This document shows, in pieces, positions 183,901-195,939 of a DNA stretch of 248,000 nt. Position 1 is the first letter of the stretch; every line of letters starts with the position of its first letter. The notes beneath the pieces were generated by a model, which saw nothing but the letters and a program-made list of their open reading frames with translations, searched no databases and had not been told where the DNA came from. The position numbers and the translations under genes were made by a program. Source of the stretch: Wallemia ichthyophaga EXF-994 (taxonomy: Eukaryota > Fungi > Basidiomycota); the NCBI RefSeq assembly GCF_000400465.1, contig NW_008806280.1, forward strand, positions 20,001 through 268,000, written 5' to 3'.

Positions 183901-184330
183901 GAAGCCGAGGAGAGGAGTAAGAGCGAGAAGAAAAACAAGACCAAGAGGAAAGGCTCTGAGGATGGCCAAAGTGGTGATGAAGAAGCGCCAAAGAAACCTA
184001 AGCGCAAGACGAACAAGAAGAAGAAGCTTCGCAAGAAAGCGGGGTCAGACGGCGAAGAGAATGGAGCTGCACAGGACGAGAATGGCGCTAAGCAGGAGAA
184101 TAGCGCTAAACAGGAGAATCAATCAGCGTCTGAGGGCGAAGATGGGAACGATGGAGAGGAGAATGAGAAAGCAAAGCCATCCAAGCCAATGAGCCGGAAA
184201 AGACCGAGCTCAGTTTCAGAAGATGCTGAGAGGAAGAAAGCTAAAACGTCGTGAGTGCTAACTGATAACAGCGGAGACACAATTGACAGAAATACAGGCA
184301 GCTTTCCAAAGAGGTAATCTCAGATTCTGG
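180905..184330 (+). CDS. CTR9: Paf1 complex TPR subunit Ctr9
   Basis: TPR array; PDPRIGIGLCFW; YAAQGLAI. Confidence 0.9.
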
Positions 184331-184396
184331 AGAAGAATAATTTTGTAAAGTTAAATATTTTATCTAACGCTTGACTTGACTTTGTGTAGATACGCT

Positions 184397-185923
184397 GATG
184401 ACAACTGAATACGCGGGATCGTCAAACGAGGCAGTGGAAATTAGATTGCGTGGGTGCTTAATATGGAATCCTTGCTCTACTAAAATATTGCAGGTAGAAG
184501 CGAGGCTGATGAACGCCAGCTGGAATCCGAGGAAGAGTTGAGGCTGACGCGACCATGGAATCCAACATTCACGTATCCAATATTTGGTACAGAGGAGCAA
184601 ATTTATGGCTATAAGAATCTGAAAGTTACTGTGAGTCAACGCGCACACAGTCTTACACTGGCTTAAACGTCGTCCAGGTTGATATGGCTTCTGGCTCATT
184701 GAAATCTCAACTCAACGTAAATTACGGCGATAAGAAAGAGGATGCTGATAACGTTGTCGACAGTATCAAGGAATATTTACCATTAGGTGGGTTCTTTAGC
184801 CACGGGGAACGTCTTGAGTAACTCGGCGCAGAGGAAGGAGACTTTGAAGAGCTTTTGGACAGAGACGCGCGGGAATTCAAACCTTGCGGTGATCTTATTA
184901 AAACATACACACGCGCGTCCGCAAAATCTCAAGGCAAAGGTAAAGGAAAGAGAAGGAAGGTCGAAACGTCATCAGGATCAGTCGCGGGCGAGGAAGGCGA
185001 TGTTGTGTACGAGATATACAGAGCTAAGTGGGATACTCCCGGCTGGAAAGCTTTTAATAAGCGGATGCAATTCTTTTTGTTGTTGGTAGGTGCTTTTGTC
185101 TCAGATAGAATCAAAGCGTATTGACGTAAAAAGTTTATCGAAGCAGCAAACTATCTCGAAGAAGATGACGACAACTGGGAATTCTTCACTTTGTTCGAGA
185201 AGAGGAGCAGAGATAACGGAGAAAACACATATCACTTCGTTGGATATTCATCTCTTTACTCCTTCTATCACTTCCCTACTGGTCGTAGGCAACGTTTATC
185301 GTATGTTCTTCTTGTTTGATTGAGCATCATTTCTCATTCGCATTCGCTGCAGACAATTCTTCATCTTGCCTCCATATCAAAGACAAAGCCATGCATCTGA
185401 ACTGTATAACGCTATTCGCAGTGATGTGCTGTCTAGACAGGAGATTATTGAATTAGGTGTGGAGGATCCTTCAGAGTCATTTGACGTCCTTCGTGACGTG
185501 AATGATCTTCGTTGGTTGAGCGATGAGCACCTTCTAGACAATAAAACGGCTGCAGACATGAACAGGAATTGGATAGAACAAGAAAGACAAAAGCTTAAAG
185601 TGCCCAAGCGCCAGTTTCTGCGTTTGATCGAGATGCTTCTGCTTCACAAGCTGGATCCAAAGAATCAAGAGCAGTCCAAGAGGTTCAGACTTTTGGTGAG
185701 CTTTAAGTTAACTTGTTCAAAACATTTTAACAGACTCAATAGGTTAAAGATCGTCTTTACAGGTTCAACTACGTAGGTAACTCAGAAAATAGTCAATATA
185801 TCTCACAGTATACAGGAACAATTAATTGGTTTGACGCCAGAAGAGAGGAAAGCTGCTTTACAGCTGACTTATGAAGGTGTTGTTGACAACTACCGTGATG
185901 TACTTCTCAAAAGTCATATCTGA
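184397..185923 (+). CDS. HAT1: Histone acetyltransferase Hat1
   Basis: FHPTFTYPIFG, QFFILPPYQ, GVEDPSESF. Confidence 0.85.
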
Positions 185924-185998
185924 TGGTTGTGAGAACGAATTACATCTTGCTATACATTACATGAGAAAAGAAATGCAACCGAATTCTAAGAAATTTCC

Positions 185999-187230
185999 TT
186001 ATGTCGCAAAATCCTCACTGGCACTTTCATAATCCGACACATTTGCCTCGTGGACTTCACTGGCAGGTTTGCTATTGGCTGCGTTGGCTGCTACTGAAGC
186101 GTCCAAGGAACGATCAGAACTGAAGTCGAATTTCTTGAAGTCTTGAGAATCTTGAGAGACAATAGAGCCATTCTGCGCATCGGAATTTTCTTGAGCTCTT
186201 TCAGAAGCGTTTTGACCCAGCTTGCTAAATCTAGACATGGCCGTAACTGCTCTAATAGCGCTTCTCCATCTAAGATACCAGTCAGACGAGCTTTGGATCA
186301 CAAAGATCTGCATACTTCTCGCGACTGTTGAATGCATCCCGCAAACCTTCACTCACATCGTGTTCAGAGAGATTTTGATCTTTGAACCACTGGAAATGTT
186401 AGATGGATCAGGAAGGAAGGAATGTAAATACCTGGTGGTTGAGCGCTTGCTCAGCTGTGAGTCTTTTGGATGGGTCGGGTTGCAACAGAGCTTTAACAAA
186501 GTCCTTTGCTGGAGTGGAGTTAGAGTGCACGGAGATGAGGTTGTGACTCACCATGATCGCTGACTTTAGACCAGTATCTTTCGTGGAACTCAATCTTTCC
186601 TCTGTTAGTTTCTTTAATCAACTCACTCAGTTCTTCAGAACGGAAGGGAGAGTAACCACATAATAAGACATAAGTGACGACACCGATGGCCCAGAGGTCA
186701 ACAGGCTTACTGTGAGCATCGTTGTTGAGTATCTCTGGAGCAGCATAACCGACAGAGCCAGCAAGTGAGGTAATTTGAGCGTTATGACTGTCTAAACGCT
186801 GAGAAATACCAAAATCGGCAATAACAACGCCAGAGCCAGCATCTTTACTTTTGTAGAGAATATTTTCAGGTTTTATATCGCGATGCACGACATTATTTGA
186901 GTGCATATATGCAGTAGCATCGACAATAGACATGATAACGGTCGCAGCGTTTTTCTCCTGGGATGGAGAGTTAGGGGAATTGAAAGACAAGTCAAATAAA
187001 GCAATACTCACGGTAAACCTTCCCTTACGAGCGATTCTATCAAATAGCTCACCGCCAGTGGCAAGTTGGAAACTGAGGTACCAAGTGTCTCTCGATTCAT
187101 ACCACTCGTAGAAAGAAACGATATTGGGATGATTAAGATGTTTGAGTAGATTAGTCTCATCAAATATGGCACTCTCATTCCCCTGAGCCTTTTTCTTGGA
187201 AATCACTTTAACGGCAACGTCCTGCTTTCC
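185999..187230 (-). CDS. Ca2+/calmodulin-dependent protein kinase
   Basis: HRDIKPEN, DFG, AGSVGYAAPE. Confidence 0.88.
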
Positions 187231-187530
187231 ATCTGGATGGTTATCCCACTCGGCTCGTACGACCTATAACGATTAGATAGACAGATATAAAAACACCAGC
187301 CCCACCTTTCCAAATGCACCTTCTCCTAACTGTGCGTGTGTGTGTCTGTGTAAGCTGTGTTTCGGTGGCAGCGTATTTCCTCACAACTTCACCAAAATTG
187401 TAGCTCTTCTTCTTGTAATAAGATTCTGGTTGTGGCAGCAATGTGTCCCTTAAAAAACCCATAAATCCAAGACCGTGATAAGCGTGATGGCCGTGTGTGT
187501 TGAACCTTGGCTGCGCTACATCATCATCTT

Positions 187531-188740
187531 ATGAGCAGCGACAGCGACAATAGCGCAAACGATTTTGTTGGGAAACGTAAATCACCACCAGTGGATTCTC
187601 AGGAAATCCAAAACTCAGCAAAACGCCCAAACGATTCTGTTGGGAAGCGTAAATCACCACCCGTGGATTCTCAGGAAATCCAAAACTCAGCAAAACGCCC
187701 AAGAGTAGAACCTATGGATACCATTAAGATGGAGAAGAACATGTTTGGTCTTGATCCGAGCGATGAATTCATTAAAGAGATTTCCGATTGGATTTGGTTA
187801 AAGACCAAGAATTGCAAGCATAAAGTTGAGGTTGGTGGGCTTAGAATCACGTAGATATAGCTGAGACGGCTTGATTAGGTGGAGGCCAAAGTTGGACGAT
187901 TTTTAGATCAAAGTGCGCAGAGAGCAGGATTGCCTGTCGCAGTAGAGACCATTCTCTCTAATACAGACGGTTTAAAGTTTGAGTCGAATATGACAGAGGT
188001 GTGTTTATCTCACATGCTATATTCCATTCAATTGCACTCCTCACACAGAATCAGGCTCAACATAAGCATTACAATGGAATTCTCAATAAACGCGCATCGC
188101 AACTAAATCAAAACTTGCGTAGTAAAATAGACTGTGTCCACAATAAAGAGATAGACTCATTTCATTCGTCCGGTCGTGGCTCAGGTAAGGTTCGTGTAAC
188201 TAGAGATCAGGGCAAGACGGATATCAAAGAAATGATTGAAAAGGTGCGCGTAGCAGATTTGGCTATTTACTCACCCAAGAGGCTCTTCGATTGGAGGTTA
188301 AGCATAAACATGGAAGTGCCGCGTATGTTTAACCTAATTAATCCTCTGAGGAAGCCATGACACCATGTTTAGATAACGACCTGCCGAAACAAGACCCTTA
188401 TTATCAACGGAAAAAAGATAGAATGAGCTACACACAGCAGGAGATGCAAGTCGACCTAACGCAAGTATTTGCGAGGCCCGGTGAAGTGAGTCGGAGTTGT
188501 TTGTACAATGCTCTCGCTGACGCTGATTACAGCCACCGACGCACGAGCTCGAGCTTGAGATACGTAGGCCTAAATTTCTCATGGAAGAAGGCAAAAAACG
188601 CGAGCGAGGATTACCAAACATGTGTAAGCTCTATCGCACGCGTTTGTAATGACGTAAACTAAGAAAAATCCAAGACGACGAGTTAATCAAAGTATTTGTG
188701 AGCAACATAAGGATGCTTGTTAGGAATGGGATTTGAATTT
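187531..188740 (+). CDS. CET1: mRNA 5'-triphosphatase (CYTH)
   Basis: EVEAKVG, FESNM, KVRVTRD, DWRLSINME, RKKDRMSY. Confidence 0.82.
187561..187702 (+). repeat. 72-bp coding tandem duplication (GKRKSPPVDSQEIQNSAKRP x2)
   Basis: Two near-identical units read directly. Confidence 0.9.
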
Positions 188741-188899
188741 ATCTTGATGTAGCAAATATATTTTCTAACTCACGTAAAAAATTCACATTATTAAGTTGAG
188801 AACGCGTCTCAAAACCATCTTCATCATTATCAATCAACGGCATTTATCCAAGATAAAATAAATGTGAGTGAATTGATATATTCACGCGTATAATTACTC

Positions 188900-191814
188900 A
188901 CAGTATCTTACCAGCTAATTTCATATCGCCACGATGTCCGGAATGACAGTACGTCGATTGACGCGTCCAGCGTTCTTGACTAACATATGCACAAGGTTTT
189001 TAAGCGCGACGGCCGTAAAGAAAGCGTAGCCTTTGATAAGTGGGTTTTTCTAACACGCGTAACCGTCTCTAAACGTGATTTTCAGAATCACAGCGAGAAT
189101 CAATAAGCTTTGCTATGGACTTGATTCAAATCACGTAGACCCAATTGAGATTACAAAGAAGGTCGTACAAGGTGTTCACCAGGGCATCACCACCGTCGAG
189201 CTCGACAATTTAGCTGCCGAAACGGCTGCATACCTCACTGTAAAAGTAGGTTGGTCACTGTACAATCATATACCCACGAATCTCACATCCATCACTAGCA
189301 CCCTGATTACGCTGTACTCGCAGCTAGAATAGCCATTTCAAACTTACACAAGGAAACCAAGAAGGCTTTTTCGGCTGTTATCGAAGATCTCTACAAATAT
189401 GTAAATCCAAGAAATGGCAAGCCAGGTCCACTTATTAGCGACGAGACGTATGATATAATAATGAAAAACCGCGGCGTACTTGACTCTGCTATCCTCTACG
189501 ATCGCGATTTTAACTACAATTTGTGAGTTGGGTTTTGTGCATACTAGCATCCTAACATTCTCATAGCTTTGGTTTTAAGACTCTTGAAAGATCATACCTT
189601 CTTCGTATAAATGGCAAGGTCGCAGAGCGTCCACAGCACATGTTGATGCGTGTAGCAGTTGGAATCCACGGTGCAGACATCGAGCGCGTTATCGAAACTT
189701 ATAACCTTATGTCAATCAAGGCATTTACGCACGCCAGTCCAACCCTCTTCAATGCTGGTACACCACAGCCTCAAATGTCCTCGTGCTTCTTGGTTACTAT
189801 GCAAGACGACTCCATTGAAGGCATTTACGATACTCTCAAGTCTTGTGCCCTTATTTCAAAGACTGCAGGTGGTATCGGTTTAAACATACACTGCATTCGT
189901 GCAACCGGATCTTACATTTCTGGTACTAATGGTTCTTCAAATGGTATCGTACCAATGCTCAGAGCATTTGATGCAACAGCACGTTACGTTGATCAAGGTG
190001 GTAATAAGAGACCTGGTGCTTTTGCCATCTACCTTGAGCCATGGCACCCTGACGTCTTTGAGTTCTTGGATTTGCGTAAAAACCACGGTAAGGAAGAAGT
190101 CAGAGCCCGTGATTTATTCTATGCTTTATGGATACCAGACTTGTTCATGCAACGTGTTCAAGAGAACGGTGACTGGCCTTTGTTCTGCCCACACGAAGCA
190201 CCTGGCTTACATGAGGTTTGGGGTAAAGAATTTGAGCAACTCTTCTTCAAGTACGAGAGAGAAGGTAGATCAAAGAAGGTGGTCAAAGCACAAAAGCTTT
190301 GGTACTCTATTCTCGACTCACAAGTCGAGACTGGTGGTCCATTCATGTTATACAAAGATCACGCAAATGCCAAGTCTAACCAACAAAACCTTGGTACAAT
190401 CAAGAACTCAAACTTGTGCACAGAGATTATTGAATACTCTGCGCCTGACGAAGTTGCCGTGTGTAACCTCGCTTCGATCGCTTTACCATCATACATCAAA
190501 GATCGCAGGTTCGACTTTAAGGAATTGCATAAGGTTACAAAAGTACTTACTCGCAACCTCAACCGTATCATTGATGTGAATTACTATCCAGTAAAGGAGG
190601 CTCGTAACTCTAACATGCGCCATCGTCCAATTGGTTTGGGTGTTCAAGGTCTTGCGGATGCATTCCAACTGTTAAGATTTCCTTTCAGCTCAGAAGAAGC
190701 AAGGTTACTCAACAAGCAAATATTTGAAACCATCTACCACGCTGCCGTTGAATCATCCACAGAACTTGCTACCGAATTCGGTCCATATGAGACTTATCAA
190801 GGCAGTCCAGCTAGCAAGGGACAGTTGCAATATGATTTATGGAATGTTCAACCCACTAATTTATGGGACTGGAATGATTTGAAGCAGAAGGTGGCTCGTT
190901 GTGGTTTGAGAAATTCACTTTTAGTCGCACCAATGCCAACAGCTTCAACATCACAAATATTAGGATTCAATGAGTGCTTTGAACCTTATACATCAAATAT
191001 TTACACAAGAAGAGTTTTATCTGGAGAATTCCAGATAGTAAACCCATGGCTGTTGAAGGACTTGTGTGAGTTGGGATTATGGAATGATGGTATGAAGAAC
191101 AAGATTATTGCGCACGGTGGATCAATTCAGAATATCTCAGAAATTCCATATGAGATCAAGGAACTGTACAAGACGGTTTGGGAAATAAGTCAGAAGGTTG
191201 TCATAGATTTGGCTGCTGATAGAGGGGCGTTCATTGATCAAAGTCAGAGTTTGAATGTTCATTTGGCGTCACCAACCCATGCACAGCTAACATCTATGCA
191301 TTTCTATGCTCACAAGAGAGGATTGAAGACTGGTATGTACTACTTGCGCACACGTCCACAATCAGCAGCTATTCAATTCACTGTCGACAAGGAAGCATTA
191401 GATGAGGCGAAGAGTGCACAAAGTGGCAAGTCAACACCAACAAGTGCACCAACACCACCCAATATACTCAATGGAGTTGAAAGAATGAAGTTGGAGGATA
191501 AGAATAGTAGCACGCGCTCGAATGCAGCGAGAAATGTTTCAACGCCAGTAAGAGCAGCCACCATTTCAAGAGCAGTGAGTGGAATTGAGAATACGTCATC
191601 AATCAAGCGCACGCTGTCTTCTCACATTGACATTGAGAATGATGAGAACAACCAACCAAGAGGAGAAGAAATAGTGGCTGGTGAAGAAACGGAAGATGAA
191701 GATGAAATTGATTTTGAGACAGCCAAAGCGAGAATGGAAGCTAAGCAACTCGAGCAAGAGAAGCTTATTTGTAGCATTGAGAACAAGGAAGCGTGTGTGA
191801 TGTGTAGCGGATGA
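188900..191814 (+). CDS. RNR1: Ribonucleotide reductase large subunit
   Basis: ATP cone, [22 protein letters not shown]. Confidence 0.96.
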
Positions 191815-191918
191815 AATTATATATTTTAACGAACTTGAATGTTAATATTTATATTTTACATTTTGTGTCTAGTATTTCCAATACGCCGGTTTAAACGTTG
191901 ATCTGTTTCAACCAAACA

Positions 191919-193064
191919 ATGCAATCGCCGCAATGGAAAATTCATGAGTGAGTTAAATTTACGGCTTTGGATGGTGATTTGATAGTACATTTGTATTTCC
192001 AGCGCCTTGGTTCAAGCCTCCTCGTCACAGCTAACGTAATACAGTTCAACATTGGCTGGCGGTGCAGCGGGCGTGGTGGCAAGCGTGCTTACATGTCCAT
192101 TAGACGTAATAAAAACTAGACTACAAGCTCAAAAGAAGTCCAAAGGACACACGCTGGATGGTGTAATTGGTTGGTTCACCAATTTTGTCGTCGGATTGCG
192201 GTATTTGGCGCTAACATTACGATTTATAGATACGGTAAAGAAAATATCTCATGAACAAGGATACAAAGGTTATTACAAAGGATTGGGTCCGACGATACTT
192301 GGCTATCTTCCAACTTGGGCCATTTACTTTACAGTTTATGACGAGGTCAAGGCTATTCTTTCAAGCAAGCGAGGTGTGTAGACTTTTATATGCTACAATG
192401 CTATTTCTTACTTAGGAATCAAGGTGACCCCGATGGAGTAGATTGGTCAACTCATATGATTGCATCTGCTAGTGCGGGCGCTACAGGCGCAACTCTCACC
192501 AACCCATTGTGGGTGGTAAAAACAAGATTCATGGTGAGATTCTTTGGTTATTTGCGGATTCATTGCTTATTCCTTGCCTAGACTCAGGAGAAGGGAACGA
192601 TACCATATAGACATACTTTACACGCTTTGGAATCCATTTATAAGAATGAAGGGATGAAAGGTTTCTATAAAGGATTGATACCGTCACTGGTCGGAGTGAC
192701 GCACGTAGTAATTCAATTCCCGGTGTACGAAAGACTCAAGTTGAAAATGAAGAAGGCTGATAATGGTGAATTATCTACTATTTCACTTCTCGCCTGCTCT
192801 TCAATATCCAAAATGATGGCATCAGTTTCGACTTATCCACACGAAGTAGTCAGGACGCGACTCCAGGTGGAGAGGAGGTATCACCACGGACTTAATAATA
192901 GAAAGATACTTACAGTCATTAATGACATTTTATCGGAATCAGGATTTAAAGGTTTGTACAAAGGACTATCGGTGACGTTACTTCGAACGGTCCCAAATAG
193001 TGCGATGACATTGTTAGCGTACGAAATGATTATGTCAGAGTTAAGCAAATCAAGGCGAAAGTAA
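191919..193064 (+). CDS. Mitochondrial carrier (NAD+/folate type)
   Basis: TCPLDVIKTRLQ, TNPLWVVKTR, YPHEVVRTRLQ. Confidence 0.85.
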
Positions 193065-193165
193065 TTTATACCACTTGTATTCTAATCTGTTAAATTTTAT
193101 CTGGCACATGACATAGCCCTGTGCCTAAGGATGCGGTGCACCAAACATTTTATTAACCGACAGCG

Positions 193166-193682
193166 ATGAACTTACTCAAAACACTTAGTGTAATTGGATT
193201 GATCGTAGCAGCTAGCGCTGCTCCAGCCGGCTCAGTGAGTATTGCTCGATAAAATGCGGATTGGCCACTGACATGATACAACCCAGTCAGCACAGAATGA
193301 ACATGCAGCTACCGTAGATAAGGTTAGTGGGCACCTATCAAGTGAGGTAGAGCTAAGGCTTATAAAACAATCCTCGCAGAGAGACTTTGGAGACTTTATT
193401 CAAGGCGCTGAAGATACTGGCGAAGATATAAAGGATTTCTTCACCGGAGAAAAGCGTGATTGGATGGATAAAACTTCAGACTTTTTCGACAATATTGGAG
193501 ACGCCTTCACCGGCGATGACGATAAGCAAAAGCGCGATTGGGTTGAGGACGCTTCAAATTTCTTCGATAACATTGGAGACGCCTTCACCGGCGATGACGA
193601 CAAGCAAAAGCGCGATTGGATCGACGATATCGGACAATTCAGTGAGAACGTCAAGGATATGTTCGATGGTGATGATAAGTAG
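193166..193682 (+). CDS. Secreted Kex2-processed repeat peptide precursor (KEP)
   Basis: Signal peptide; four acidic repeats each preceded by KR; two short introns. Confidence 0.8.
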
Positions 193683-193766
193683 AACACAACGGCGGCTTAG
193701 CGGCTTGTAAATAAATTGCACTGTAAAATCATGGGATATGACAATGCTTGGATTTGTATAATTCTT

Positions 193767-195736
193767 CTGGTTGAACCATCTACACGGTGCTGAGATAGAT
193801 GGAAAATACTGTGACAAGCCATTTCAATGTCGATAAGGAGGAATATATTAGACTTGTACTACAATCACTCAAAGACCTTGATTTATCGTGAGCACAGAAT
193901 TCCTCCTATTCTGCTATCACTGACGACCTCATTAGCAGCAGCTTCAATTGCCTATCACAAGAATCCGGCGTGGAGTTGGAATCTGATACCGTCACTCAAT
194001 TACGCTCTTCTATTTTACAAGGCAATTGGTCCACTGCCGTTCATTTAATCGATAAACTCAATGTGGACCACTATGAAGCACTGAATTCAAAGATTATTCT
194101 TAATAAGCAGCATTATCTTGAATCTTTGGAATGCGGCGATGATAAATCCGCTATTAATATCCTCCGACATTCTTTGGTTCCACTAATTCAGTCTGATCCA
194201 TGTCAAGTTCAGTTATTGTCGAGGTTGGTTTGGCTGTTTGATTTGAGCGCCATTTAACTTAGATTCTCAGTTGGCTCATGTGTAGCTCACCCGCAGAATT
194301 ACGTCAAAGAGCCCATTGGGATGGTTCAAATATGACATCACGATCAAAGCTACTCGATAGCTTACAATCTTACATAAAACCTTCAATTATGCTACCACAA
194401 AGCAGACTTTTCAATCTACTCAACCAAGCAAAGCTTTATCAATCACGTAATAACCGTTATAGCAGCATACATGACGAAAATCTAAACTTCTCTCTCTTAA
194501 ATGATTACCATCAGGACAACTCAACGTTCCCAAATTTCAACTCTCTCACTGTCAAAGCACACTTTGATGAAATCTGGCATTGTTGCTTTAGTCACAACGG
194601 TAATTATCTTGCAACGTCATCTCGTGATAAATCTGTTGTCATTTGGGAGGTTGATGTTGTTCGGCAGATCTTCAGAAAGTCTTTGACTATCTTAAATCAT
194701 GACGAAGATATAAGTGCTATCTCTTGGTCTAATGATGATACTATACTCCTCACTGCTGCGGAGGAGACTATATACATTCATCATACTGTAACTGGCAATA
194801 GTATCAACAGCTATCAAGGCGCTCATGAGCATGATGAGACTATCTCAAGCCTATTGTGGGTAAACGATGACTCTAAATTCTACTCAACCGGGCTTGATCA
194901 GAAGGTTATTGAATGGAGTCACAACGGCGCAGTGCTGCACAAGTGGAATGACCTACCCATACGCATAATGGACGCTGCTCTTACACCAGATCAGACAAAG
195001 CTTGTAGTCGCTGGTCCTGACGGTCCTCAGCCGACTGTTGGACAAGATGGCACGTTAAGTTACAATGAGGAGATGCGTCATCTAATGGTGTATGACACTG
195101 AATCAAGAACTTGTTTGTGGTAAGAATGTCTTGGTCTTTTGCTTCATGTCTTGCTTACTTTGATATATTAGGCAAGTCGAGATGAAGAATGAAATATCGT
195201 CTCTCAAAGTATCTTCTGACTCCACCAAAGTAATTGTCAACTACGCGCCTGATGAGATACAAATATGGAGTCTGACAGACCAATGTCTGCTCAAGAAGCT
195301 CTTCGGCCACAAGCAATCTAAACATGTAATTAAGTCGTCTTTTGGAGGGTTGGACGAGGGCTTTGTTTTGAGCGGTAGCGAGGGTTAGAAAGCTGCATTT
195401 GAACTGTCTTTTACTGACTCTATTTCAGATGCTGCCATCTATGTATGGCATCTTCAATCAGGAGAACTCATGGAGATACTCAAAGGACACGAGAAAGGTT
195501 GCGTAAACTCAGTAGCGTGGTCACCGACAATGCCGTTGATATGTTCTGTCGGCGATGATCGCACAATACGTATGTGGTCAACAAGGACATCTTCCAGCAA
195601 GCATACAGAGCTCAACCTGCTAGAAAACGAAGGCGATGAGGGCTCCATGCATGGTATCGAAGGTGGCGTGGAAGTTGACGATGAGGAGGTAGACGAAGCT
195701 ATCGATGAGGTCGATTATCACATAGCTGATCAGTAG
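193767..195736 (+). CDS. WDR26/Gid7 CTLH WD40 protein
   Basis: LisH/CTLH-like N-terminus; AHFDEIWHCCFSHNG; GHEKGCVNSVAW. Confidence 0.82.
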
Positions 195737-195939
195737 CAACTATCATCAGTTTGATTATATCCATAAATTACTTATATGCATTTGGTTTGTTGATAAATTA
195801 GATGGCCTTGTGTTCGTTACTCGTAACTTTGAGAATAAAGTCTGCTTTCAATAGTTACCCTTACTCAGTCATAAAAGTACCAAAAATTCAAAGCGATGAT
195901 AAAACTCTGTCAAAGCATTGTTAAATTTCTGAGAGCTTG

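Noticed and set aside
193166-193682. KEP repeats or other short repeats as a CRISPR array
   Set aside because: Eukaryotic coding repeats with no unique spacers or cas genes.
193400-193687. Minus-strand repetitive ORF (QSRFCLSSSPVKASP)
   Set aside because: Antisense shadow of the KEP repeats; the plus strand has the signal peptide, splice sites and KR sites.
192000-195736. RiPP biosynthetic gene cluster around the KEP
   Set aside because: Flanking genes are a mitochondrial carrier and WDR26; no DUF3328/UstYa, tyrosinase or transporter nearby.
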